This document shows positions 1-7,932 of a stretch of 64,000 bases of DNA, piece after piece; within the stretch, counting starts at the first letter, position 1, and every line of letters starts with the position of its first letter. The notes under the pieces were generated by a model that saw nothing but the letters and a program-made list of their open reading frames with translations, was not told the origin of the DNA and did not search any database. Source of the DNA: Giardia intestinalis (Eukaryota). The stretch lies in assembly GCA_000002435.2 (NCBI GenBank), contig CM018792.1; one strand, given 5' to 3'. A program made the position numbers and the translations under genes.

Positions 1-174
1 CTCTCTGGCGAAGTAGCCATAGGCCTCCGAGGCCCCAGGGTCTTTGCTGTTATATTTGGGGGCCCGGACACCACACAGCAAGACCGTCATCAGCTCCCCT
101 TTGTCGTCCACAACACTAAGGTTGTCTGCGCTGTAGACTGCTCGGACCCTAACGGTTACCCGTGAGCCTCCCAT
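1..174 (-). CDS. 5' end (58 codons) of a gene running off the window start; beginning of a staphylococcal-nuclease (SNase/thermonuclease)-like domain
   Basis: Complement ATG at 172-174; minus-strand translation MGGSRVTVRVRAVYSADNLSVVDDKGELMTVLLCGVRAPKYNSKDPGASEAYGYFARE stays open to position 1. The GVRAPK...EAYGYFARE pattern resembles the SNase motif (LIGVDTPE...YG.EA..F). Absent from the ORF track because it is truncated. Confidence 0.35.
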   Translation of the reverse strand, partial: MGGSRVTVRVRAVYSADNLSVVDDKGELMTVLLCGVRAPKYNSKDPGASEAYGYFARE

Positions 175-323
175 TTCGTTTTATAAATCACGTCACATGA
201 AATGACGTTTTTCTCCGTGCACAATGTAGACTCACCAATAAACAAGACATGTGCAATTATTGTGTCCTTAGTGAGCTGTGTCAAGAAAAACACAGCTTAG
301 CCCAGGGATAAAAAGACAAGCAT

Positions 324-1760
324 ATGAGTGGGCTAGCTCACATATGTCAGCAGCTAGAATACGACCGCCATGAAGCCGCTGCCCTGGCTTGGGTGGATGA
401 CATGCCAATAATCAAACACTCATTGGAGTTTATTACCTCCAACTTTGTTGTGTTATCGAAGTACGAAGCATCTCTCTTGGAGCAAGTACCTAATGGCCTC
501 AGAGACCTATCTGAGGAGGCCTTGGATCAGAAGATAGCAGTCTTGGAGGAAGAACTGCTGGGCTTTCAGCAGCCGCACGGTGAACTGAAGAGCTCCATTC
601 AATCCGCTGCGCCATATCTGCAAGAGCTAGCTGATGACCTCGGCCAAGCAGGGGTGCCCGAAAAGCTTCCAACTTTGGCTGCAGAGCTTGAGAATTTACA
701 GGTGACACTCAGGCAGAACGTTGTCTCAATCTTAAACACGCCCAAGGATCTACGAGCACAACTAGATGCTCTCCATCAGTTTTTTAGTGAAGAAGTTAAG
801 GAGGAATGCAATCCGCAAGTTTTAGAAACATTTCTAGAAAAAGAAGATTGGTTTATACAGATTGTTTCCGCAACCACTAAAGAGATTGAGGAGAACGTCA
901 CATCAATCCAAAGTAGTATCGAGAAGTATTCAGCGGAGTGCTCTGCTGCAATAAATTGCCACAGAGAGTCCGTAAGTATGGTCCTGTACCAAAGACTAGC
1001 TTATCTTCTGTGCACCTCACGTCTACAGAAGCTGACCGAAGTGTTGCCTCTTCACGCTGCTGGAAAATACCTCCCACAATTCTCTACAGCCTTGGAAGAG
1101 TTTGTTACTGTACACAATGAGTACAAGGACTTGCTTGCCTCATGCTCTAAGCTGGCAGCAACCGTCATCTGTTGCCCAGAAGCCCTCTCTCAGCAGCTTA
1201 TAGCCGAAGCACTTCTTCAGAGATGCAATGACGCAAAGGGACAAGCCTTTGATATGCTACTGGAGACAATGTCAGACGCAATGTTGCGTGGACAACGGGG
1301 AGCGGCTCGGGCTTATGACAAGAACAGGATCATCAGTGCTGTTATGAAAGCGTCTAGCGAACTACTCGGCTCTCTGTCTAGCCTGCAGAAGAACCATATT
1401 TCGCCGATGGTGGCGGCGATGAAGCTCGTGGCGAAGGCCAGGGAGGAGTTTGTGCTTTCTCCTATGTCTGCCTTAGGATATCAGGCCGTAGTTTCCGCTT
1501 TATCCGGTTCTGCTGTTCGAGGTGCAGCACAAGTGGCCGATACTTTAGTACTTGTGTCGCAAGTCGGTCAATCAAATCGGGAAAATAATACGGCCGATCT
1601 ATCGGATGTTCTTAGCCTGCAAGATAAATTCATCTCTGCCATAGATAGTGGAGCTGATGGATATGCCCAGTCAGCCGTTCTTACTCGCTTACAGCAAGCC
1701 ATTCAAAAGACGCAGCAATCCCTTGAACACTACTCTAACGCTTTAGAGCCACAATTGTAA
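324..1760 (+). CDS. hypothetical alpha-helical protein (478 aa), no recognisable domain
   Basis: Long ATG-initiated ORF with non-repetitive composition; shares a 150-bp divergent upstream region with the minus-strand gene at 1-174. Confidence 0.5.
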   Translation: MSGLAHICQQLEYDRHEAAALAWVDDMPIIKHSLEFITSNFVVLSKYEASLLEQVPNGLRDLSEEALDQKIAVLEEELLGFQQPHGELKSSIQSAAPYLQELADDLGQAGVPEKLPTLAAELENLQVTLRQNVVSILNTPKDLRAQLDALHQFFSEEVKEECNPQVLETFLEKEDWFIQIVSATTKEIEENVTSIQSSIEKYSAECSAAINCHRESVSMVLYQRLAYLLCTSRLQKLTEVLPLHAAGKYLPQFSTALEEFVTVHNEYKDLLASCSKLAATVICCPEALSQQLIAEALLQRCNDAKGQAFDMLLETMSDAMLRGQRGAARAYDKNRIISAVMKASSELLGSLSSLQKNHISPMVAAMKLVAKAREEFVLSPMSALGYQAVVSALSGSAVRGAAQVADTLVLVSQVGQSNRENNTADLSDVLSLQDKFISAIDSGADGYAQSAVLTRLQQAIQKTQQSLEHYSNALEPQL

Positions 1761-1822
1761 GTACATGACTAATAATTATTTACATTCTATAATTCATGTA
1801 AACCTTGGTCAAAAACATTCCA

Positions 1823-3175
1823 ATGTCCTATCAGGATCTGCTCAGCGCTCGCCTGAAGGAGCTCGCCGCTGGGGGCTATATGTCGGCCACTGAAGTAGCT
1901 GGAGCAAGAGACCTTTTCATTAGGCATCACCAGGGGGCCCCTGCGCCTGTGGAATGGTGTAGGGTGCAAGCTCTATCGGACTCTGGCTACCGTGCATACG
2001 ATACCCTCCCCGAGTTGGATGGGCCGTCGCTGACAAAGGCAATGCAAAAGGTCGCTGTCCTCAAGCTTAACGGAGGCCTGGGGACATCGATGGGATGCAC
2101 GGGCCCCAAGACCCTTATTCCCGTAAAGAACCAGATGTCCTTCTTGGAGATCATTGTAAGGCAGGTCTCTTCCATTAATACAAAATATGGAATTAGCATG
2201 CCTCTGCTCTTGATGAACTCTTTCAACACAGAAAAGGATACAAAGGCTGCTCTCGCTCAGATTCACCTAGACAAGCCCGTGGACATCACATGCTTCAACC
2301 AGGCGCATTTTCCACGCCTAGATGCCGAGACCCTTCTACCATGCACCCACATCACCCCCGACAATCAGGCGTACTGGTATCCGCCGGGGCACGGAGACGT
2401 TCTCAGGTCCTTGATCAGTGAGAGCCTTGTCGATAAGCTTATTGCTAGAGGAGTAGAGTGGATCTTTATCAGCAGTGGAGACAACCTTGGTGCTGTGGTG
2501 GATCCGCGAATTGTAGGGTACCTGGCAACTCTTAAGGGAGTCGACTTTGTTTCCGAACAAACAGCCAAGACGATCCGTGACGTTAAGGGTGGTGTTCTGA
2601 TCAACTATGATGGGACGACACGCCTTCTAGAAACTGCGCAGGTCCCTCAGGAACACATGGGCGAGTTTTGTGACATTACGAAGTTTAAGTCATTTAATGT
2701 TAACAGCATCTGGGTCCGCTTAGAAGCACTAAAGAGGCTTGCGGACGCTGGAACTCCAATCGACCTAGACATCATTGTCAATCCTAAAGTAGTTGAGGGA
2801 AAGCGTGTCATCCAGCTTGAGCAAGCTGTTGGTGCAGGAATCACATTTTTCAAGTCTGAAGGGTTGCTTGTCAGCCGTGATCGCTTCATCCCCGTGAAAA
2901 AGACCTGCGATCTGCTGACTGTTCAATCCGACGTGTACGACCTTGATTCCGAGTATGTTCTTCGAGCTTGTTGTTCGATTCCGACTGTTGAGCTGTGCGC
3001 CCCGCTCGAAAAGATGGATGCATACTGCGCCGCTTTTCAGTGTCTCCCTTCACTTCGCGGCGCTGATACAGTGAAGATTCTTAGCCAATGCACTATCGGA
3101 CCGAATGTAGAGTTTCGAGGGACGTGCACTATTGATAACACAAGTCATCTAGAGAATTGCACTCTGGGACAGTGA
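1823..3175 (+). CDS. UGP: UTP-glucose-1-phosphate uridylyltransferase (UDP-glucose pyrophosphorylase)
   Basis: Signature LKLNGGLGTSMGCTGPK plus a VDFVSEQT..KGGVLI-type nucleotide-sugar pyrophosphorylase core. The track ORF starts at TTG 1805; the first in-frame ATG (MSYQDLL) is at 1823. Confidence 0.9.
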   Translation: MSYQDLLSARLKELAAGGYMSATEVAGARDLFIRHHQGAPAPVEWCRVQALSDSGYRAYDTLPELDGPSLTKAMQKVAVLKLNGGLGTSMGCTGPKTLIPVKNQMSFLEIIVRQVSSINTKYGISMPLLLMNSFNTEKDTKAALAQIHLDKPVDITCFNQAHFPRLDAETLLPCTHITPDNQAYWYPPGHGDVLRSLISESLVDKLIARGVEWIFISSGDNLGAVVDPRIVGYLATLKGVDFVSEQTAKTIRDVKGGVLINYDGTTRLLETAQVPQEHMGEFCDITKFKSFNVNSIWVRLEALKRLADAGTPIDLDIIVNPKVVEGKRVIQLEQAVGAGITFFKSEGLLVSRDRFIPVKKTCDLLTVQSDVYDLDSEYVLRACCSIPTVELCAPLEKMDAYCAAFQCLPSLRGADTVKILSQCTIGPNVEFRGTCTIDNTSHLENCTLGQ

Positions 3176-4501
3176 ACTCGTTGTATTATCCAATTTGAGC
3201 GTCGACCACCTCCCGGTAGGATCCCAACAGAGTATAGACCCCGTTGAGGTGAACGAAGGAACGCAGAAGATCTTACATGTGCACTGGACACCTTTCCAGT
3301 CATACTCTAAAGCATATGCTTCTGGAGTAGTAGTCTGTGGATGATTACTAACAACTATATACTGAGGCGGCTCATCAAGAACAAAAGCATCTAACTGAAG
3401 AGGTTGTACATCAAAAAAGAGGGGTGACTGAGGGCAGAGATGTGCTACTTGTAGAAGGGTAGCAACTAGTGCAGGAACAGTGAGCGACGCAGGAATGAGT
3501 GCAGCCAGATATGTGAGAACAGTCCCGTCTATAACCCAGACAAGTTGCTTATCCCTTGTAAGAAGCTTTGCAGGACAAGGGGCGGAAATAAGGGAGTTCG
3601 TGAGAGAGCAGCGTGGTAGAACTATACTGGGGACCGGTGCCTGAGGCCAGAGTCGTGGCGTAGGATCACTTTGACCTGGAACAAGGATTGTTGGCCGCGC
3701 AGCAGCGACTCGCGCCAAAATTGTATCCACAAGATCGTACGAGGCTTGGAGATCTAGGAACCCGGTGGTTGGGCTCAAAGCGTTTCCCAAACACGCTGCG
3801 GCAGCGGGACCAGCATCGACCGGTGCATAGGTTCCTCCACAAAGAACAACTTGCTTGACGGAGGAAAAAGGAGGTGTGCCCAACGCAGTTGCAAAGAGAA
3901 CAGCACGAGCTGCGTGTGAAGCCTCCCAGCCAAGGTCCATTCCTGCCACAAAAAGGACAAGTTGTGCCATACTATCTGTCCAGAGATCAGGAGAAGGCTG
4001 TAGCGGCGTAGTGGCAAAGACCTCCACTGGGTAGAGAAGCTCTTCAATGCTGAATGTATCTGGTGCTACGAACAGGCCGCGCAAGGCAGCGACGGCTCCG
4101 GGAACAGGCACGCTTCCGGAAAGCGCCTTGATGTCTAGCTGAATTCTTGTTCCTCCGTCTTCTACGTAATACGTATCTCCATCTGTGACTAGCTTCTCTG
4201 CAACCGGTGGTTGGACGGTTGGCTCAAGCAGTGTTCGATATGTTTTAACCGCCGACTTACGCTGCTTGCTGTTCAAAACAAGGATTCCAAAGATGACGAC
4301 ATCTTCCTGCAACGCGTGTTCGTGCACAGGGTTCAGCTCCCCAAAGCTTGGTATCTGTCGGGAATTGGGCCAAAGGCGCGCTGCTTTGAAGACGAGGTGC
4401 GCTTTGCGAATCCGGTTGAGACGATCTGCAAGCATTGTCCGGTAGCTCTCAGAGAGAGCCGGTCGATCCTGTTTTTCAGGAAGGGTCAGAGGGAGCGCCA
4501 T
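3149..4501 (-). CDS. POLE2: DNA polymerase epsilon subunit B (POLE2/Dpb2 family, alpha/epsilon B-subunit phosphoesterase fold)
   Basis: YYVEDGGTRIQLDIK aligns with POLE2 YFLEDLTGVVQLDLS, and ILVPGQSDPTP with VFVPGPEDPCP. The 3' end overlaps the convergent UGPase gene by 27 bp. ATG confirmed at complement 4499-4501. Confidence 0.6.
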   Translation of the reverse strand: MALPLTLPEKQDRPALSESYRTMLADRLNRIRKAHLVFKAARLWPNSRQIPSFGELNPVHEHALQEDVVIFGILVLNSKQRKSAVKTYRTLLEPTVQPPVAEKLVTDGDTYYVEDGGTRIQLDIKALSGSVPVPGAVAALRGLFVAPDTFSIEELLYPVEVFATTPLQPSPDLWTDSMAQLVLFVAGMDLGWEASHAARAVLFATALGTPPFSSVKQVVLCGGTYAPVDAGPAAAACLGNALSPTTGFLDLQASYDLVDTILARVAAARPTILVPGQSDPTPRLWPQAPVPSIVLPRCSLTNSLISAPCPAKLLTRDKQLVWVIDGTVLTYLAALIPASLTVPALVATLLQVAHLCPQSPLFFDVQPLQLDAFVLDEPPQYIVVSNHPQTTTPEAYALEYDWKGVQCTCKIFCVPSFTSTGSILCWDPTGRWSTLKLDNTTSSLSQSAIL

Positions 4502-4713
4502 TGACAGTTTCAGTTATAATTTATCCCCTTCGCCAACCAGCGCCAGTGGCCAGTTCTGACGTGCTCCTTGGTCCCGACACAGCTGGTAGTGCAGCTACGC
4601 CTCATGGCTTTGATAATTGTCGGTACGACGTATGCTGACCCCACACAATTCTTGGAAGACGACAATCTGCTGCAACACAATTATACTTATTCTGCTATCG
4701 CATCCGCGCGCGC

Positions 4714-4787
4714 GCTTCCTTAGCTCAGCTGGTTAGAGCGTGCGGCTGTTAACCGCAAGGTCGGCGGTTCAAGCCCGCCAGGGAGCG
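4714..4787 (+). tRNA. tRNA-Asn (anticodon GUU)
   Basis: Hand-folded cloverleaf. Acceptor GCTTCCT/AGGGAGC (7 bp, one GU). D arm GCTC-AGCTGGTTA-GAGC. Anticodon stem TGCGG/CCGCA with loop CTGTTAA. T arm GGCGG-TTCAAGC-CCGCC. Discriminator G. Total 74 nt. Confidence 0.88.
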
Positions 4788-4792
4788 TTTTT
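4788..4792 (+). terminator. Pol III oligo-T terminator of tRNA-Asn
   Basis: TTTTT immediately 3' of the discriminator base. Confidence 0.55.
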
Positions 4793-4803
4793 CTGCTCTA
4801 AAA

Positions 4804-7800
4804 ATGTCCCTCACCATTGCGCTCGAGGAGTCGCGCCAGGCCACCGCGAACGTGGGCGCCCCCATCTACGCAACGGCATCCATTGAGGGCCTCTACCCTC
4901 CCCCAGACTACGACTTTGTCTACCAGTTCTCAACAGCTGAGGCATCCGACGCACCGACGTACAGGGTCGTGCAGCCGTACTCTATCGACCGCCGCTGCAT
5001 ATTTTTTTCCCTGGCCCTGGGGCAGCTCTTACTGAAGTGCGAGGTTCGTCTTGCTCCTCGTCGCCTGACAACACCCCTCGACCTCGAAACGTCACTCAGT
5101 CAACCCCACATGCAAATGATTCTTCGTAAGCCCACTCTTCTCTTAAACGCACAGGCGGGGGAAACTTCTCCATTTACCAAATACCTAGAAAATCCCATTC
5201 TGTCGTCGTCAATTTCTATCAATGTGAAAACGGTCGGGACGCAGGTCCCGCCTTGCATGGTCCCCCTTCCCAATACAATCTCCCCAATATATGTTGTCCC
5301 AGAACATCAGGTCCAGCCTATGGCGAAAGTCCGCATTATTATCAAGCCGCACATTCCTGTCCTTGCTGCCAACGCAGAACAGAAAAGGGAGGCTAAGAAT
5401 AATAACCTCTTCATAACTCCCTCTATGGTCCCTCCTCCAGATCTCTTTTCCGAGGCCGGCTTTTTCACGGAAGCAGTGGCGAGGGATGGAACAAAGAAGA
5501 AGGGGCTTTTCTCGGGATCCAAGAAAGACAAGGACGAGCTGGAGATATCATGCAACCTCTGCAAGGGATATATACCGCCCGTTAAAGACCTTGTTTTAAC
5601 CGAGTGGCAGGACGTTCCCCCAGGGAAGCCATACTTCATTCCTTTGTTTGGCATTCTTCCCAATAAGCTCTACGAGTTCAGACACCAGGTCCTTGACCCC
5701 GTTGCTGACAGGCGTTTTGAGCTTAAGGAACCCATCATTTTCCAGGCAGAGACTATTGGCATGAAGTCCTGGCTCGTTCCTTATCAATTTACTCCCCTCT
5801 TCGCGAGTGATCAAAATGAGCGTAACTTCTTCGTATCTACGTCGGGCGTTGCAGCATTCAAGGAGTTTGTGGCAATTTCTGGCGAAAAAACAGCATCGGA
5901 TCTTTTTCTCAAAATAAATAGCTCTGGTGTCAGTGAGGCAGCTATGTATACGCCATACGGGCAAATGATGATCTTCATACACAACTCTGTGCAGCAAGGA
6001 GCTAAGATAATTCATTGCCACAAGGACGCTGTGATGACGATCTCTGCCGGTCTCTGTGATTGGTTGCATAATGGTAATTTCGAAGCACATGTTGAGACGC
6101 AGGATGACGATGAGTTTGGGGCACAATCAGGGGTGCAGCCGCTTGAGACGTCTGTTCCCGCCCCTTCGTCTGACACCAAGGAGAAGGGTAGAGAAGAACG
6201 GAAGATCAAGAAATTAACACCGAAAGGGATTGGCGAGTTGGTCTGCAAGAGCCTTCAGATCTCAAGTGGCACTGACTCCATTTACATGAATCAATACATC
6301 TACTCCAGTGCCATTAACGGAAGCCCAATGAGGATGTTTAGTTTGGGATACATTAACTCCTCCCTTATGAGAAAAGCTCTGGCAAGCTTGGATTCCGGTC
6401 AAGAGCCAATTCCATATAGGCCGATGGTCGCTGCAACATACGTAGAGCTTCTGGAGAATCGGGAAATAATCCTTGCTGGATTGGCAGAGGTCCCATTCAC
6501 TCGCACCAACTATCCCGTGTTGTTCGAGAAAGTATCGCAACAGATCAATCATTTGCTCGGTAATATGAAGGCATACTCCGGATCCGACCAGAAAAATTCG
6601 AGGAAAGTACTTGGGGTGGACTCCTCCCTGCTGACCGCTGCTGTGTTCCACTTAGATATGAGTGGACACGTGACTGAGACGTTCTATGCATGTGATATGT
6701 TCCCTGATGTCATGAATATGGTTCAGTTTACTGAATTGGCCTGGAATAGAAACGAGAAAGGATGCCTCATTCCCGGGTACTACACACAAAGCAAATTCAC
6801 ATTGATCCATAGCTATGTTTCCTCAGTGGACTGTACCCAGACAGATTGCCTACTTGTCTTACCACGTCAATCTTCCCTTGTGAAGCTTACGTATGGGTCT
6901 TTCAAATCCACGCAGCCTCGATCCCGTGCAGTCCCGCCAACGATTCCGTTGACACCCCAGCCAAGTCTCGCTACTGCCCAGCCATCAACGCAGCCAAGTC
7001 CCCAACAAGCACCTCCTGCTTATGCCCCTGCTGCTGGACCTTACGCATCCATGCAAAGTAATGCCTATAACACCTCTTACAATGCAGTAGGTAATATTTA
7101 CTCCATGCCCTCTTCGAATCCATATATGTCAGCTCCAGCGTCTTCCTTCCCATCTCAAACTCTTGTACAAAACTATCCTACGGCTCCTACTGTTCCTTCG
7201 CAGCTTCATACCCAGGCTCCAGCTCAAGGGCATGCCCCGCCAAATCCATACGCAATAGCCTCTGCTCCCCAGCCCTTGCCACCGGCAGCAAATCCATATC
7301 TAGTGGCCAATCCGTATCTTAAGCCTACTACTCAACCCAAGAATATTGATGGGGATGCACCTGCTCTTCTCACTGGTCTGGATGCGCTTAAAGGAGGGGC
7401 CCAAGATTCTGTGATACTCTCAGCAAACATAGGCACTTCAACATGCAGCGATTACCTTATTAATATCCTTGGGGTTTGCTATCCTCTTGCTGCCTCTAGA
7501 ATATCTGGTTCTATCTACATGGTTTGCAACACACCTTCAGCCATAGAGCTTATCGCGTTCTCTACGCCCTATTTTGTGGGGCGTGGTCCGAAGACCCATG
7601 CAGAGCTCTTAAACGATTCTACTGGCGGTACAGCTACTATTGAAAGGTATGATACGTCCTTGCAAGAGGCTGAGGCTGTGACAGTGCAGCATAAGATTGT
7701 TCTCCAGCGCGGAAAGGCGACTGTTGCTCGCATTCTAACTCTTCCACAAGGTGGCTGCGTGGTTGCCTGGATGGAGGACGGGCAGAATATCTGGAAGGTC

Positions 7801-7881
7801 ATGGAGATCAACAACGGGCTTCTGATGTTTGCTGGGAAGATAGCAAATGCAGAGGACATTAGTCTCCTTCCGACCTTCTGA
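4804..7881 (+). CDS. hypothetical protein (1025 aa) with a C-terminal Pro/Gln/Ala/Tyr-rich low-complexity region (NPY/PY-type repeats)
   Basis: ATG at 4804 in a TAAAAATG context only 16 nt after the tRNA. Long ORF. Low-complexity stretch of about 150 aa is encoded around 6900-7350. Confidence 0.55.
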   Translation: MSLTIALEESRQATANVGAPIYATASIEGLYPPPDYDFVYQFSTAEASDAPTYRVVQPYSIDRRCIFFSLALGQLLLKCEVRLAPRRLTTPLDLETSLSQPHMQMILRKPTLLLNAQAGETSPFTKYLENPILSSSISINVKTVGTQVPPCMVPLPNTISPIYVVPEHQVQPMAKVRIIIKPHIPVLAANAEQKREAKNNNLFITPSMVPPPDLFSEAGFFTEAVARDGTKKKGLFSGSKKDKDELEISCNLCKGYIPPVKDLVLTEWQDVPPGKPYFIPLFGILPNKLYEFRHQVLDPVADRRFELKEPIIFQAETIGMKSWLVPYQFTPLFASDQNERNFFVSTSGVAAFKEFVAISGEKTASDLFLKINSSGVSEAAMYTPYGQMMIFIHNSVQQGAKIIHCHKDAVMTISAGLCDWLHNGNFEAHVETQDDDEFGAQSGVQPLETSVPAPSSDTKEKGREERKIKKLTPKGIGELVCKSLQISSGTDSIYMNQYIYSSAINGSPMRMFSLGYINSSLMRKALASLDSGQEPIPYRPMVAATYVELLENREIILAGLAEVPFTRTNYPVLFEKVSQQINHLLGNMKAYSGSDQKNSRKVLGVDSSLLTAAVFHLDMSGHVTETFYACDMFPDVMNMVQFTELAWNRNEKGCLIPGYYTQSKFTLIHSYVSSVDCTQTDCLLVLPRQSSLVKLTYGSFKSTQPRSRAVPPTIPLTPQPSLATAQPSTQPSPQQAPPAYAPAAGPYASMQSNAYNTSYNAVGNIYSMPSSNPYMSAPASSFPSQTLVQNYPTAPTVPSQLHTQAPAQGHAPPNPYAIASAPQPLPPAANPYLVANPYLKPTTQPKNIDGDAPALLTGLDALKGGAQDSVILSANIGTSTCSDYLINILGVCYPLAASRISGSIYMVCNTPSAIELIAFSTPYFVGRGPKTHAELLNDSTGGTATIERYDTSLQEAEAVTVQHKIVLQRGKATVARILTLPQGGCVVAWMEDGQNIWKVMEINNGLLMFAGKIANAEDISLLPTF

Positions 7882-7903
7882 TCCAACCCGGGACGGACTT
7901 AGA

Positions 7904-7910
7904 ATTTACT
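7904..7910 (-). promoter_or_regulatory. AGTAAAT poly(A) signal (Giardia AGTRAAY type) for the PP2A-A gene
   Basis: Reverse complement of ATTTACT lies 23 nt downstream of the minus-strand stop at 7933-7935. Confidence 0.4.
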
Positions 7911-7932
7911 ACCTGTGAATACCGTTTTTGCG

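Noticed and set aside
1805-1822. ORF-track N-terminal extensions beginning with M at 1805, 9945, 11179, 39966, 43558, 45989, 54498, 58615 and 60684
   Set aside because: Checking the nucleotides shows these starts are TTG or GTG, which the ORF caller translated as M. For a eukaryotic nuclear genome I moved the starts to the first in-frame ATG. In several cases this gives textbook N-termini (UGPase, S27e, cyclophilin signal peptide, PR65).
5307-6651. Several 100-176-aa minus-strand ORFs inside the 4804-7881 gene, and similar nested ORFs inside other long genes
   Set aside because: They are antisense or alternate-frame ORFs fully contained in longer, better-supported ORFs. No independent start context or motif.
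7903-7914. 12-mer AATTTACTACCT shared by 7903-7914 and 21959-21970, both shortly after stop codons
   Set aside because: Dozens of chance 12-mer repeats are expected in 64 kb. At 7903 it is simply the reverse complement of the PP2A-A gene's AGTAAAT poly(A) signal region. The copy at 21959 has no minus-strand gene upstream. It could at most be a relic poly(A) signal of a decayed gene in the AT-rich spacer.
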